In this document: in pieces, positions 1-8,064 of the stretch
Layout: each line of letters opens with the position of its first letter
How positions within the stretch are numbered: the stretch's first letter is position 1
DNA from: Thermoproteus sp.
GTDB taxonomy: Archaea > Thermoproteota > Thermoprotei > Thermoproteales > Thermoproteaceae
NCBI GenBank assembly: GCA_049976425.1
Contig: JBMFIG010000015.1
Location: 1-35,076 of the forward strand
Length of the DNA stretch: 35,076 nt
Reading direction: 5' to 3'
Notes under the pieces: generated by a model
What the model was told of the DNA's origin: nothing
The model's database searches: none
What the model saw: the letters and a program-made list of their open reading frames with translations, nothing else
Translations under genes and position numbers: made by a program

Positions 1-164
1 ACAGCATCTTTGGCTATATTTATACAGTTATACCCTCTACATATACTAAGTTCATCTATATAATATCTAAAATTTTCTATTACTTCTTCTAAAATCTTCT
101 CTATCAATATCCTAAGCTTCAGCGGGTTGTCGGCGGCGATTATCTTGTGGTCAACAACTGCCAC
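1..164 (-). CDS. Hypothetical low-GC protein, 5' part only (runs off the window start)
   Basis: Manually translated open frame from GTG at 164: MAVVDHKIIAADNPLKLRILIEKILEEVIENFRYYIDELSICRGYNCINIAKDA. AT-rich TATA-like tract (GTAAATAAA on the minus strand) at about 180-189. Not in the ORF track. Confidence 0.55.
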   Translation of the reverse strand, partial: MAVVDHKIIAADNPLKLRILIEKILEEVIENFRYYIDELSICRGYNCINIAKDA

Positions 165-233
165 GGGGAAGATGTGCTGTTTATTTACATCTTTCGAGGT
201 TAAGCTCTCGCGGCCGAGCGCCGTCTGTTGCCG

Positions 234-656
234 TTACGTCCTCACTATGAAGTAGGTGCCTAGGGCCTTGGCGGCGAGCACCCCGCCTCCCTTCCTCAGC
301 TCTCCGTCGACAACGATCGTGTGGAGGCCTCTCCTCAGCACTCTGCCCGTCACCTCGTAGATCCCGCCGTCGAGAGGCTCGAGGAAGTTCACCTTGAGCT
401 CCAACGTGACGTTGTTCTCGCCCCTGGCGGAGGCCATGGCTGCGAACCCCATAGTCGTGTCGAGCGCTGTCATGATCACGCCGCCGTGTATTATCCCGCC
501 TATCCTCTCCAGCCTCTTGTCGTGTTGGAACACCGCCTTGGCGTACCCGTCGCCGAGCTCGACCAGCTTGTATCCAATGAACGAGAGGATGCCTACCTCC
601 GAGATCCTCTTGTTTATCGCGGCCAGAACCTCCTCGTAGTTCCCGCCCCAGGCCAT
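234..656 (-). CDS. PaaI-family (hotdog fold) thioesterase
   Basis: GIIHGGVIMTALDTTMG motif, TLELKVNFLEP, C-terminal AKALGTY; 140 aa. Confidence 0.9.
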   Translation of the reverse strand: MAWGGNYEEVLAAINKRISEVGILSFIGYKLVELGDGYAKAVFQHDKRLERIGGIIHGGVIMTALDTTMGFAAMASARGENNVTLELKVNFLEPLDGGIYEVTGRVLRRGLHTIVVDGELRKGGGVLAAKALGTYFIVRT

Positions 657-704
657 GGGAGAGGCCCGACGTTAAGGTTTTTATTGTGTAAGGCCTATCG
701 GTCC

Positions 705-968
705 ATGTCAGTCGGGGATTGGATTGCCTTGGGGATGGGCCTCTTCCTCCTCGGCGTCTTCCTCATGTTCCTTGCGTTTTTCCTGGAGGCGGCGAGGAGG
801 GGGGAGGGGGACGGCGGGGAGAGGGCGGAGGCTGGAGGCGTCGTGATAATTGGGCCTGTCCCCATAGTCTTCGGGTCCAGCCAGAGAATCGCGAAGGCCG
901 TGTTGATCCTGGCGATAGCCTTGACGGTCTTGGTCCTAGCTCTGTACCTGCTTCTTTACTGGTATTAG
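705..968 (+). CDS. Small membrane protein, DUF131/TIGR00304-like
   Basis: From ATG 705: TM helix, charged linker, GGVVIIGPVPIVFGS motif, second TM helix. TATA-like TTTTTATT at 678-685. The 321 start in the ORF track is an overextension. Confidence 0.8.
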   Translation: MSVGDWIALGMGLFLLGVFLMFLAFFLEAARRGEGDGGERAEAGGVVIIGPVPIVFGSSQRIAKAVLILAIALTVLVLALYLLLYWY

Positions 969-1199
969 CAACAACAGCGAGATCAGGAAGAGCGCGGCAA
1001 GTATTACGGCTGTGACCAGCACGGCTAAGCCGGCGAGCTGGGGTTGCCCAGCGCCGAAACATACAGGTATGAAGAATAGGAAGACGCAGCCCGCCACGGC
1101 GGTCTGGGCGCCTCCCCCAATCTGTAGCAGGGGGGCCGCCGCCATGATGAAGAACCCTATAAGGACTAGGGCGAGCCCCGCCGCGAACAGCTTGTTCAT
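936..1199 (-). CDS. Small membrane protein, probable divergent DUF131-like paralogue
   Basis: 87 aa, TM-linker-AGCVFLFFIPVCFGAG-TM. The start overlaps the ATPase stop (ATGA). Confidence 0.65.
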   Translation of the reverse strand: MNKLFAAGLALVLIGFFIMAAAPLLQIGGGAQTAVAGCVFLFFIPVCFGAGQPQLAGLAVLVTAVILAALFLISLLLLIPVKKQVQS

Positions 1200-1891
1200 A
1201 TGCCCTCCCCAACCTGCCTATAAAAATCGTATCTCGGCAGAAACAGCTTGCGGCCTCCCGACCGGACGACCTCTATGGGGACTCCGTATGTCTCCGACAG
1301 CACCTCGCTGTCCACCTCCTCGGGCTTAAGTTGCGTCGCCCTTCCTCCCCTCAGCAACACCACCGAGTCGGCTATGTTTATGAGGTCGAGGTCGTGGGAG
1401 GCCACCACGAACGTCTTGAGCCTCTTCAGCCTCTGCAGGACGCCCATTATGGCGGCCTTGTGGGCCGGGTCCAAGTTCGCCGTGGGCTCGTCCAGCAACA
1501 CCAGCCTGCCCTCTGCGAGGGCCTTCGCCAGCAACACGAGCCTCTTCTGCCCGGTGCTGAGCTCCGAGAATATACGCCGCTCGTAGCCGCCTAGGCCGAC
1601 GGCGGCCAGCCACGCCAGATATCTGCTCGGCGCCCTCCCGCCGCCAGCCAACAACACGTCCATGACCGTCATGTAGGCGTCGGAGAACTCGGCGGGCATG
1701 TAGCCTATATCGCCGTCGACCTCCACGAAACCCCTCTGCGGTCTGTATATGCCGGCTATGGCCCTCAGCAGGGTGGTCTTCCCCGACCCGTTGGGGCCCA
1801 ACACTAAGTTCAGCCCCTCGACTATGTCGAACGAGACGTCTACGAGTACGGGGACGCCGCCGAGGCTAACGGTCAACCCTCTTACCCGCAT
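1196..1891 (-). CDS. ABC transporter ATPase, Fe-siderophore/cobalamin type
   Basis: Walker A GPNGSGKT, signature LSTGQ, Walker B LLDEP, SHDL H-loop, C-terminal LSETYGV. Confidence 0.9.
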   Translation of the reverse strand: MRVRGLTVSLGGVPVLVDVSFDIVEGLNLVLGPNGSGKTTLLRAIAGIYRPQRGFVEVDGDIGYMPAEFSDAYMTVMDVLLAGGGRAPSRYLAWLAAVGLGGYERRIFSELSTGQKRLVLLAKALAEGRLVLLDEPTANLDPAHKAAIMGVLQRLKRLKTFVVASHDLDLINIADSVVLLRGGRATQLKPEEVDSEVLSETYGVPIEVVRSGGRKLFLPRYDFYRQVGEGI

Positions 1892-2849
1892 GGGCCAGCG
1901 CGAGTATGATGACGGGCGCGGACAGCACCGAGGTTATCGCGGTGACGGGGATCGAGAATCCGAGGAGGCCGCGGGCCAGGGCGTCTGAGGCGAGCAACAC
2001 GGGCGCCCCCAGCGCCGCGCTTGCGGGGACCACGGCAGTCGCCGACCCGTTCCTCAACGCCATCCTGGCCATGTGGGGCACCATGAGCCCCAGGAAGCCC
2101 ACGACGCCGACCTGCGACACTATCAGCGCTGTGGATAGTGATATGGCGGATATCCAGAGGAGCCTATATCTGTCTGGCCTTATCCTCCTGACGTGCGCCA
2201 GCTCGTCGCTTATGGCGACGAGGTCCATTCTGCGCGCCTCCTTGACGGCCGCGGCTATGAGCCCCGCCGTTGCGGCGGCCAACAGCGCGTCGGCCTTATA
2301 GCTGACGTAGTCTATGTAGCCGAAGAGCCAGAAGGCGAGGGGAGGTATCTGCGGCAGTCGGGACGAGAGGTACGAGAGGCCTATCGTCGTGGCGGCCGAG
2401 AATATGTACGAGACGGCGACGCCGCCTATGACGGTGGCGTATATGTTGCCTCTGCCGACCGCGAGCGTGGCTACGCTGGCCGCCGCCGCGAATAGAAACG
2501 CGAGGGGGACCTGGTAGAGCAACATGTAGGCCGGGGAGAGGCCGGCGATCACCAACACGTACGCCAGGAGGGCCCCGAAGGCGGCCCCCGATGCGGTGCC
2601 CGTTATGTAGGGGTCCAGAAGGGGGTTTCTGTAGAGCGTCTGCATGACGGCGCCCGACACGGCGAGGGTGGACCCTATGAGGGCCGCCGCTATGGCGGCG
2701 GGGAGCCTAATGCCGTATACTATCACCGAGTAGGGCCCTCCCGCGAACAGCTTGTCGGGGGCCAGCAAGACGGCGCCCGTGGATAGGAAGAGGATAAGCA
2801 GAGGGGGGAGGGATATCAGCGACAAAAAGATGAGGGTTCTTGTCCTCAT
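1866..2849 (-). CDS. FecCD/BtuC-family ABC permease
   Basis: IRLP, GAVMQTLYRNPLLDPYITGTASGA and GVVGFLGLMVPHMAR motifs. ATG 2849 overlaps the upstream stop. Confidence 0.9.
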   Translation of the reverse strand: MRTRTLIFLSLISLPPLLILFLSTGAVLLAPDKLFAGGPYSVIVYGIRLPAAIAAALIGSTLAVSGAVMQTLYRNPLLDPYITGTASGAAFGALLAYVLVIAGLSPAYMLLYQVPLAFLFAAAASVATLAVGRGNIYATVIGGVAVSYIFSAATTIGLSYLSSRLPQIPPLAFWLFGYIDYVSYKADALLAAATAGLIAAAVKEARRMDLVAISDELAHVRRIRPDRYRLLWISAISLSTALIVSQVGVVGFLGLMVPHMARMALRNGSATAVVPASAALGAPVLLASDALARGLLGFSIPVTAITSVLSAPVIILALAHAGKRVDR

Positions 2850-3970
2850 CCCGTCGGTATGGGGTTGGGGAACTGTTGCAAGAACCACCTCGTGCCGATG
2901 CACTGCGGGGCGTTCCCCGTTATTATCTTGTTGAATACGGCCACTGCATAGACCGACATGAGCGACGGCTGGTCGACTGCATCTTCGGCGAGGCCCGTGA
3001 GCACGTAGACCCTCCCGCTCTTGTAGGCCGCGACGCTCGACACGTGGGGTATTTCGTCCAGCGCCTTTAGGGCGTACGTGCAGTTTGCGCCCATACTGCC
3101 CAGCACTATCACGCTCGGGTTAGCCGCTATGAGGAGCGACGGCTCGAAAGGCCCCCAGCCGCCTTGGCCTATGGCGTTTACGCCGCCTGCGGCCCTTATC
3201 TCGACCGCTATGAAGGTGTTGTTGCCGGCCGCGTAGAAGGACCCGTCTGGGTTTATCCAGGCTATTTGGGCCACCGTGACGTTGGTCTGCACGCGGTATT
3301 TCGCAAGCTCGGCCTCCATCCAGCTCACCACGGCGGCCGCCTTCTGGGCCCTATCGAAAATCTCGCCGACGGCCTTTATATCCCACTCTATATCGGCGAA
3401 CGAGGAGGCGCGCGTTCCGTAGAGGAAGTAGACGGGCACGCCTATCCTCTGTATGTCCTTGGCCCACAGCGCCTCGAAGCCGCTGTCGACGAGGACTAAG
3501 TCCGGCTTCAGCAAGATTATGGCGTCTCCGTTAAAGCCGGTGGGGCTCATGGCGTTTATCTCTACCACCTCGGCGTTTGAGGGGAGGCAAGACGTGTAGT
3601 TGAGCTCCTGGAGTAGCTGGTAGCTGAACTGGTCAAGCCCCACGATTCTGTTGCAGAGGCCCAGAGCCACGAGAATCTGAGTTATGCTAGGGGCCAGGGA
3701 CACGATCCTGGCGGGCTCCGCCGATATTTGGACGGTCCTGTTGAGCGCGTCGACGACCGTTATGGGGTAGTACCGGCTAGTGATCGTTGCGGTGACGGTG
3801 GCCGTCGTCGTGGCTGTAACGGTAGTGGTGGTTGTCGCGGTTGCCGTGACCGTCGTCGAGTAGGTTACCGAGGTCGTTTGGACCGCCGGGGCTCTCGAGT
3901 AGTAGCCGGCGAGCCACCCGACGACGATTGCGACGACCGCCACGGCGACTATCCAGATTTTCGAGGCCAT
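2846..3970 (-). CDS. BtuF/FecB-type ABC substrate-binding protein with N-terminal membrane anchor and Thr-rich linker
   Basis: MASKIWIVAVAVV anchor, poly-Thr linker, YPITVVDALNRTV..EPARIVSLAPSIT, LKPDLV. TTAAATA TATA-like element about 20-25 nt upstream of ATG 3970. Confidence 0.9.
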   Translation of the reverse strand: MASKIWIVAVAVVAIVVGWLAGYYSRAPAVQTTSVTYSTTVTATATTTTTVTATTTATVTATITSRYYPITVVDALNRTVQISAEPARIVSLAPSITQILVALGLCNRIVGLDQFSYQLLQELNYTSCLPSNAEVVEINAMSPTGFNGDAIILLKPDLVLVDSGFEALWAKDIQRIGVPVYFLYGTRASSFADIEWDIKAVGEIFDRAQKAAAVVSWMEAELAKYRVQTNVTVAQIAWINPDGSFYAAGNNTFIAVEIRAAGGVNAIGQGGWGPFEPSLLIAANPSVIVLGSMGANCTYALKALDEIPHVSSVAAYKSGRVYVLTGLAEDAVDQPSLMSVYAVAVFNKIITGNAPQCIGTRWFLQQFPNPIPTG

Positions 3971-3992
3971 ATAAGGGAGAAATATCCCATAT

Positions 3993-4754
3993 TTAAGCAT
4001 TGTGCAGATGCTGAGGAGGATATACCACTATTGACCTGCTCCGTCTGCCCTCGCCGTGCATCCTCACGGCCACATACCTCTGCGCTCTCTCAACCGCGTC
4101 GCGTAGCTCCTCCTCGGTCGGCCTCCGCCAGCCGGTCCCGGGCACCGGTATTAGGGGATCGATTATGAGGACCGCATCGCCCACGTTCTCTCTCAGATAT
4201 TTCGCTATCCTCTCCACGTCCTCTGGGCCGTTTAGCCCCGGTATGAGGACCGTCTCGAACAAGGTCCTGACGCCTGCCTCCACCAGCACCGAGATATTGC
4301 GTAGCACGGGCCCCAGCGGCTTGCCCGTGTATTTCTTGTGCTTCTCCGCATCGAGCGTCTTTATACTTACGACTACTTCGCATGTGGCGCATCTGCGCAA
4401 CTCGTCGAGCAGTTCCGCCGTCAACCTATAGGCGTTAGTCAGTAGCCTCACCCGGGCCCTACTCGCCAGATGTCGTACCACGGCCGGCAAGGTATCGTCC
4501 ACTGTGGGCTCCTCGCCGCCCAACACGGCTTCCTCCATGCCGTCTGAGACTAGCCTGTCTGCGATCTCCCGGAAGGCCCGCAGGCTTAGGAAGCCGCTGG
4601 CCCTCAGCGAGGCCAAGGTTTGGCCGTCAAGGTGGTGATCCCAAGGCGTCAGCCTCCTAATGCACCAGGGGCACGAGAAGTTGCATCCGGCGAATTGGAA
4701 GTAGGCGGATCTTATGTCGAGGTAGTACGTAACGTGGTAGATTCTGGTGAGCAT
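3993..4754 (-). CDS. Radical SAM protein (PFL-activating-enzyme-like)
   Basis: CNFSCPWC (CxxxCxxC), GGEEPT, LLTN, ETVLIPGLN. Confidence 0.85.
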   Translation of the reverse strand: MLTRIYHVTYYLDIRSAYFQFAGCNFSCPWCIRRLTPWDHHLDGQTLASLRASGFLSLRAFREIADRLVSDGMEEAVLGGEEPTVDDTLPAVVRHLASRARVRLLTNAYRLTAELLDELRRCATCEVVVSIKTLDAEKHKKYTGKPLGPVLRNISVLVEAGVRTLFETVLIPGLNGPEDVERIAKYLRENVGDAVLIIDPLIPVPGTGWRRPTEEELRDAVERAQRYVAVRMHGEGRRSRSIVVYPPQHLHNA

Positions 4755-5917
4755 TAGAACAGCCTTCTGAACTTCTGTAGATTGTTGGGGAGCAACATGC
4801 CGGCTACCTTCTGGGGCGCCTTCTTGATCAACATCATAAGGACCGCCTCGACGAACTCAGGCGTCACCCTCACGTAGCGGTCAACCTCGTCGAGGATCTG
4901 GGGATAGCCCGTGACAGTCGACGACGTGGCGGCCAGGAAGGCCAGCGCCTCCTCGAGGCCGGGCCCCAAGTCCAGCACCTCGACCCTCACGGCGGTCTGG
5001 GACCCCGGCGGCATGTAGTACGCGACGGCCACGTCGCCCAGCAGACGTAGGTGGGGGTATTGGCTCGACGAGAGGACCGACGCGAAGTTCTCCCCGAATT
5101 CCTTCAGCCTCTCGCAGAGCCTCGCGGCTTTGGCCGACCCAGCCGCGGCGCCTTCCCGGGCACACCTGATCACCTCGTCCCTCAGCCGGCCTCCCTCGCA
5201 CTCGGCGTAGTGTATCTCGGCCCACCGCGGGAGCACGTCCTTGAGACGGCCCAGGACCATGTACTCGCCTGGTCTCAACACCAGAGAGGCGGCCGCCCTA
5301 TCGTTCACAGGCAGGCAGCCGCCGTAAAGCACCGAGAGGTAGCGCGATCTGACCCTCTTGGCGAGCCCCACCAAGGTGGCGCGCGCCTCCTCGGCGGCGG
5401 CGAGGAGGGACTCGACGGCCTTGTTCACCTCCTCGTACTTTCCTCCAGGCACGGCCAGGTTGAAGGGCAACGGGTGGAGGGCGAGCTCGCCGTCCAGGAG
5501 GAGGATGTCGAAGTCCTTGAGCCCTCTGGCCTTCCGCCTGAGCAGGCGCGCCGCCAGCTTGCGCTCCAGCAACGCGGCGTAGCGCGAGAGGTCTTGTTCG
5601 TCCCTGTCCTCGAAATAGACGGCGCCGCCCAGGAATTTATCCACCCCCTGCCTCGACCGCCCCACGTAGCCGTAGGCTATGACTGTGAAGACGCCGCCCA
5701 CGAGCTCCAGAGGAGGGCTCCCGTAGGAGGAATCCACGGCGTAGGCGTAGTGCTCGCCGGCCGGCCTAGGTATCTGACCTATCGCGGCCCTGTCCCTTAT
5801 CGACGATATGCTCTCCGCCAGCTTCTCCAGCCTCCCCAGCCTCTCCGCGCTTTTCTCCACGTCGTACCTCACGGCGTTCAGTAGATCGGGCTCCAGCCAG
5901 TACTCTATGTCCTCCAC
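4754..5917 (-). CDS. nurA: NurA-family nuclease
   Basis: RNase-H-like NurA motifs AVDSS, LLDGEL, VGLAKR, VRVE, GYPQILDEVDRYVRV. TTTATAAT upstream on the minus strand (about 5932-5939). Confidence 0.8.
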   Translation of the reverse strand: MEDIEYWLEPDLLNAVRYDVEKSAERLGRLEKLAESISSIRDRAAIGQIPRPAGEHYAYAVDSSYGSPPLELVGGVFTVIAYGYVGRSRQGVDKFLGGAVYFEDRDEQDLSRYAALLERKLAARLLRRKARGLKDFDILLLDGELALHPLPFNLAVPGGKYEEVNKAVESLLAAAEEARATLVGLAKRVRSRYLSVLYGGCLPVNDRAAASLVLRPGEYMVLGRLKDVLPRWAEIHYAECEGGRLRDEVIRCAREGAAAGSAKAARLCERLKEFGENFASVLSSSQYPHLRLLGDVAVAYYMPPGSQTAVRVEVLDLGPGLEEALAFLAATSSTVTGYPQILDEVDRYVRVTPEFVEAVLMMLIKKAPQKVAGMLLPNNLQKFRRLF

Positions 5918-5966
5918 GTGGCTATGGCGCTATTATAAATTAAAAAGCCTCGGGCCAGGCCGGCGG

Positions 5967-6815
5967 CTAGACGCAAGCGTTCTCGAGGACGGCCTTGCAC
6001 TTGGCCTCTACGCCGCTGGGTATCTTGGGCACCGCCTCCGCCACGACGCGCCTGACGATGTCCATCTTCTCCGACATCATCTTCTCGACGGCCTCGGCCG
6101 TGACCGGCTGGTGGGGGACCCAGATGTCGTAGTCGGTCACGAGCGCCAGTAGCGCATAGCACATGCCCAGCTCCCGCGCCAGGTTTATCTCGGGGACCAG
6201 GGTCATGCCTATTATGTCGCAGCCGTACACGTCGCGCCAGATCCTGGACTCCGCCTTCGTGCTGAACCGGGGCCCCTCGATACAGACGTAACAGCCCGAC
6301 GTGTGTACCTTGTTGTACTTCGAGGCGGTTTCGATCAGCATCTTCCTGAGCTCCTCAGTGAAGGGCTCCAGCCCTATCTGGACGTGGCAGGTCCTCGGCC
6401 CATCGTAGAAGGTGTACTCGCGGCCCTTCGTCATGTCGACGAACTGGTCGGGCACCACGAAGTCGCCCGGGGCGTAGTCCTGCCGGAGGGATCCCACGGC
6501 GCTGACCGCTATCACGTGTCTCACGCCCAGCGCGTGGAGCGCGTATATGTTGGCCCTATACGGTATGCGGTGCGGCGGGTACTTGTGGCCTCTGCCGTGT
6601 CTCGGGAGGAACGCGACCCACCTCCCGCCCACCCGCCCCACTATGACGTTGTCGCTGGGGAGGCCGTAGGGCGTGTGCATCTGCACTTCTATAGGCGACT
6701 CGAATATGCCGGGGTCGTAGAGCCCGCTGCCGCCTATTATGGCAACCGCCGGGAGCTCGTCGATGCCTAGGTCCTTGGCCGCGACGGGCGTGGACGTCAC
6801 CTTCACTACCTTCAT
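5967..6815 (-). CDS. mtnP: 5'-methylthioadenosine phosphorylase
   Basis: [41 protein letters not shown]. Confidence 0.95.
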   Translation of the reverse strand: MKVVKVTSTPVAAKDLGIDELPAVAIIGGSGLYDPGIFESPIEVQMHTPYGLPSDNVIVGRVGGRWVAFLPRHGRGHKYPPHRIPYRANIYALHALGVRHVIAVSAVGSLRQDYAPGDFVVPDQFVDMTKGREYTFYDGPRTCHVQIGLEPFTEELRKMLIETASKYNKVHTSGCYVCIEGPRFSTKAESRIWRDVYGCDIIGMTLVPEINLARELGMCYALLALVTDYDIWVPHQPVTAEAVEKMMSEKMDIVRRVVAEAVPKIPSGVEAKCKAVLENACV

Positions 6816-6890
6816 GGAGGTCGGAATAGGACGGCTAATTAAACTTCGCGCGCCCGGGCTATATTTTTAACTCGCGTCCAACTCTGCCAC

Positions 6891-7385
6891 GTGTCTGTGT
6901 CGGATTTCCTCAACGCGTCGTACGGCGACTTGGTTAAAAGGTACGGCGCAGTCAAAAAGGACGACGTGTACGAGGTCCCTCTGCAGAACGCCCCGTGGAT
7001 CTTCTCCCGGCCCCTCTCGGCGTTTTTGAGCGCTGGCTCGACATATGTAGTGGAGGGCGTGGACGTGAGCTGGGAGGGCCCCGGCGAAGTGTACGTCGTA
7101 TTGACGAACTGGGAAGCGGGGTTCGGCTTCGTCTTGGCTCGGAGGAGGCGGCTCTTCAGATGTATAAGGAGGCAGTACGCGGCGCCTTATGGCGTGAGGC
7201 TCCCCCAGCACATCAAGGTGAGGCCGGTGGAGCTGGTCCTCTCGGACTCCAACGCCATAGAATGCGTCGATAGGCCTCTCGAGGCCAAGGCCATCGCCGT
7301 GCTCCCCTCGACTGTGTACGTCCTAAACTCGTTGCGGGTCGACCTAAGCAACGCGCGGTTGAGGGAAAATCGGCGAAACGTTTAA
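6891..7385 (+). CDS. Hypothetical protein
   Basis: 164 aa ORF with host-like codon usage, divergent from mtnP; TATTTTTAA at about 6862-6870. Confidence 0.7.
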   Translation: MSVSDFLNASYGDLVKRYGAVKKDDVYEVPLQNAPWIFSRPLSAFLSAGSTYVVEGVDVSWEGPGEVYVVLTNWEAGFGFVLARRRRLFRCIRRQYAAPYGVRLPQHIKVRPVELVLSDSNAIECVDRPLEAKAIAVLPSTVYVLNSLRVDLSNARLRENRRNV

Positions 7386-7411
7386 AAGGAGATAGTGCGT
7401 TGGGTATTAGA

Positions 7412-7774
7412 ATGGGCGTTGAGTTCCCAGAAAAGGACGCCGAGGACATAGTCAGCCAATTGTTGGGCGGCGGCGAGGAGAACGAGATCATCCAATCCAT
7501 AACCAAGGAGAAGGCCCTGATACATATACGGCTTGAGAAAAGGAAGAGCCACCTCGTCACCATAGTGGACTTCGGCAACTCGGACGACGCGAAACAGCTG
7601 GGCATAAAGGATCTGGCGAGGGAGCTCAAGAAGAAGCTGGCGGCCGGAGGCACCATAAGGGACAGCTGGATCGAAATACAGGGGGACCACCGCCAGAAGA
7701 TAAAGAAGATGTTGATCGACATGGGCTTCAAGGAGGAGAATATACTCGTCGACGAGGAGGTCAAGGAGGTTTGA
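7412..7774 (+). CDS. sui1: Translation initiation factor aIF1 (SUI1)
   Basis: [33 protein letters not shown]; TTTAAAA at 7381-7387. Confidence 0.92.
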   Translation: MGVEFPEKDAEDIVSQLLGGGEENEIIQSITKEKALIHIRLEKRKSHLVTIVDFGNSDDAKQLGIKDLARELKKKLAAGGTIRDSWIEIQGDHRQKIKKMLIDMGFKEENILVDEEVKEV

Positions 7775-8064
7775 TGTCGGAGGAGGCCCGAAGGCTTGCC
7801 GAGAGCGGCGACTACAGAGGCCTGGCGCACCTATGCCTCAAGATATTGAACTCCTCTGACTGGGACGAGGCATGGGCCAAGGCATCCGAGCTAGCCGAGA
7901 GGACGAGAGAATATGTAATCTTGAAGTTCCTGGCTGTTGCCTACGCCCTGACCAACGACAGAATATATAGCCTATTGACGGAGTCGGGGAGGGAATTCCT
8001 GGCGAGGGATTTAGCCGTATGTGTGGATAAGGTCAAGCAGTTGCTGGATCTACATCCTCTGTAG
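7774..8064 (+). CDS. Hypothetical alpha-helical protein
   Basis: About 96 aa; TGATG overlap with the sui1 stop suggests translational coupling. Confidence 0.7.
   Translation: MSEEARRLAESGDYRGLAHLCLKILNSSDWDEAWAKASELAERTREYVILKFLAVAYALTNDRIYSLLTESGREFLARDLAVCVDKVKQLLDLHPL

Noticed and set aside
321-704. N-terminal extension of the 215-aa ORF
   Set aside because: Antisense to the thioesterase gene; ATG 705 has its own TATA-like element.
3780-3885. Repetitive sequence in the binding-protein gene
   Set aside because: It encodes an ordinary Thr-rich linker of an archaeal membrane-anchored binding protein; not a CRISPR array or tandem DNA repeat.
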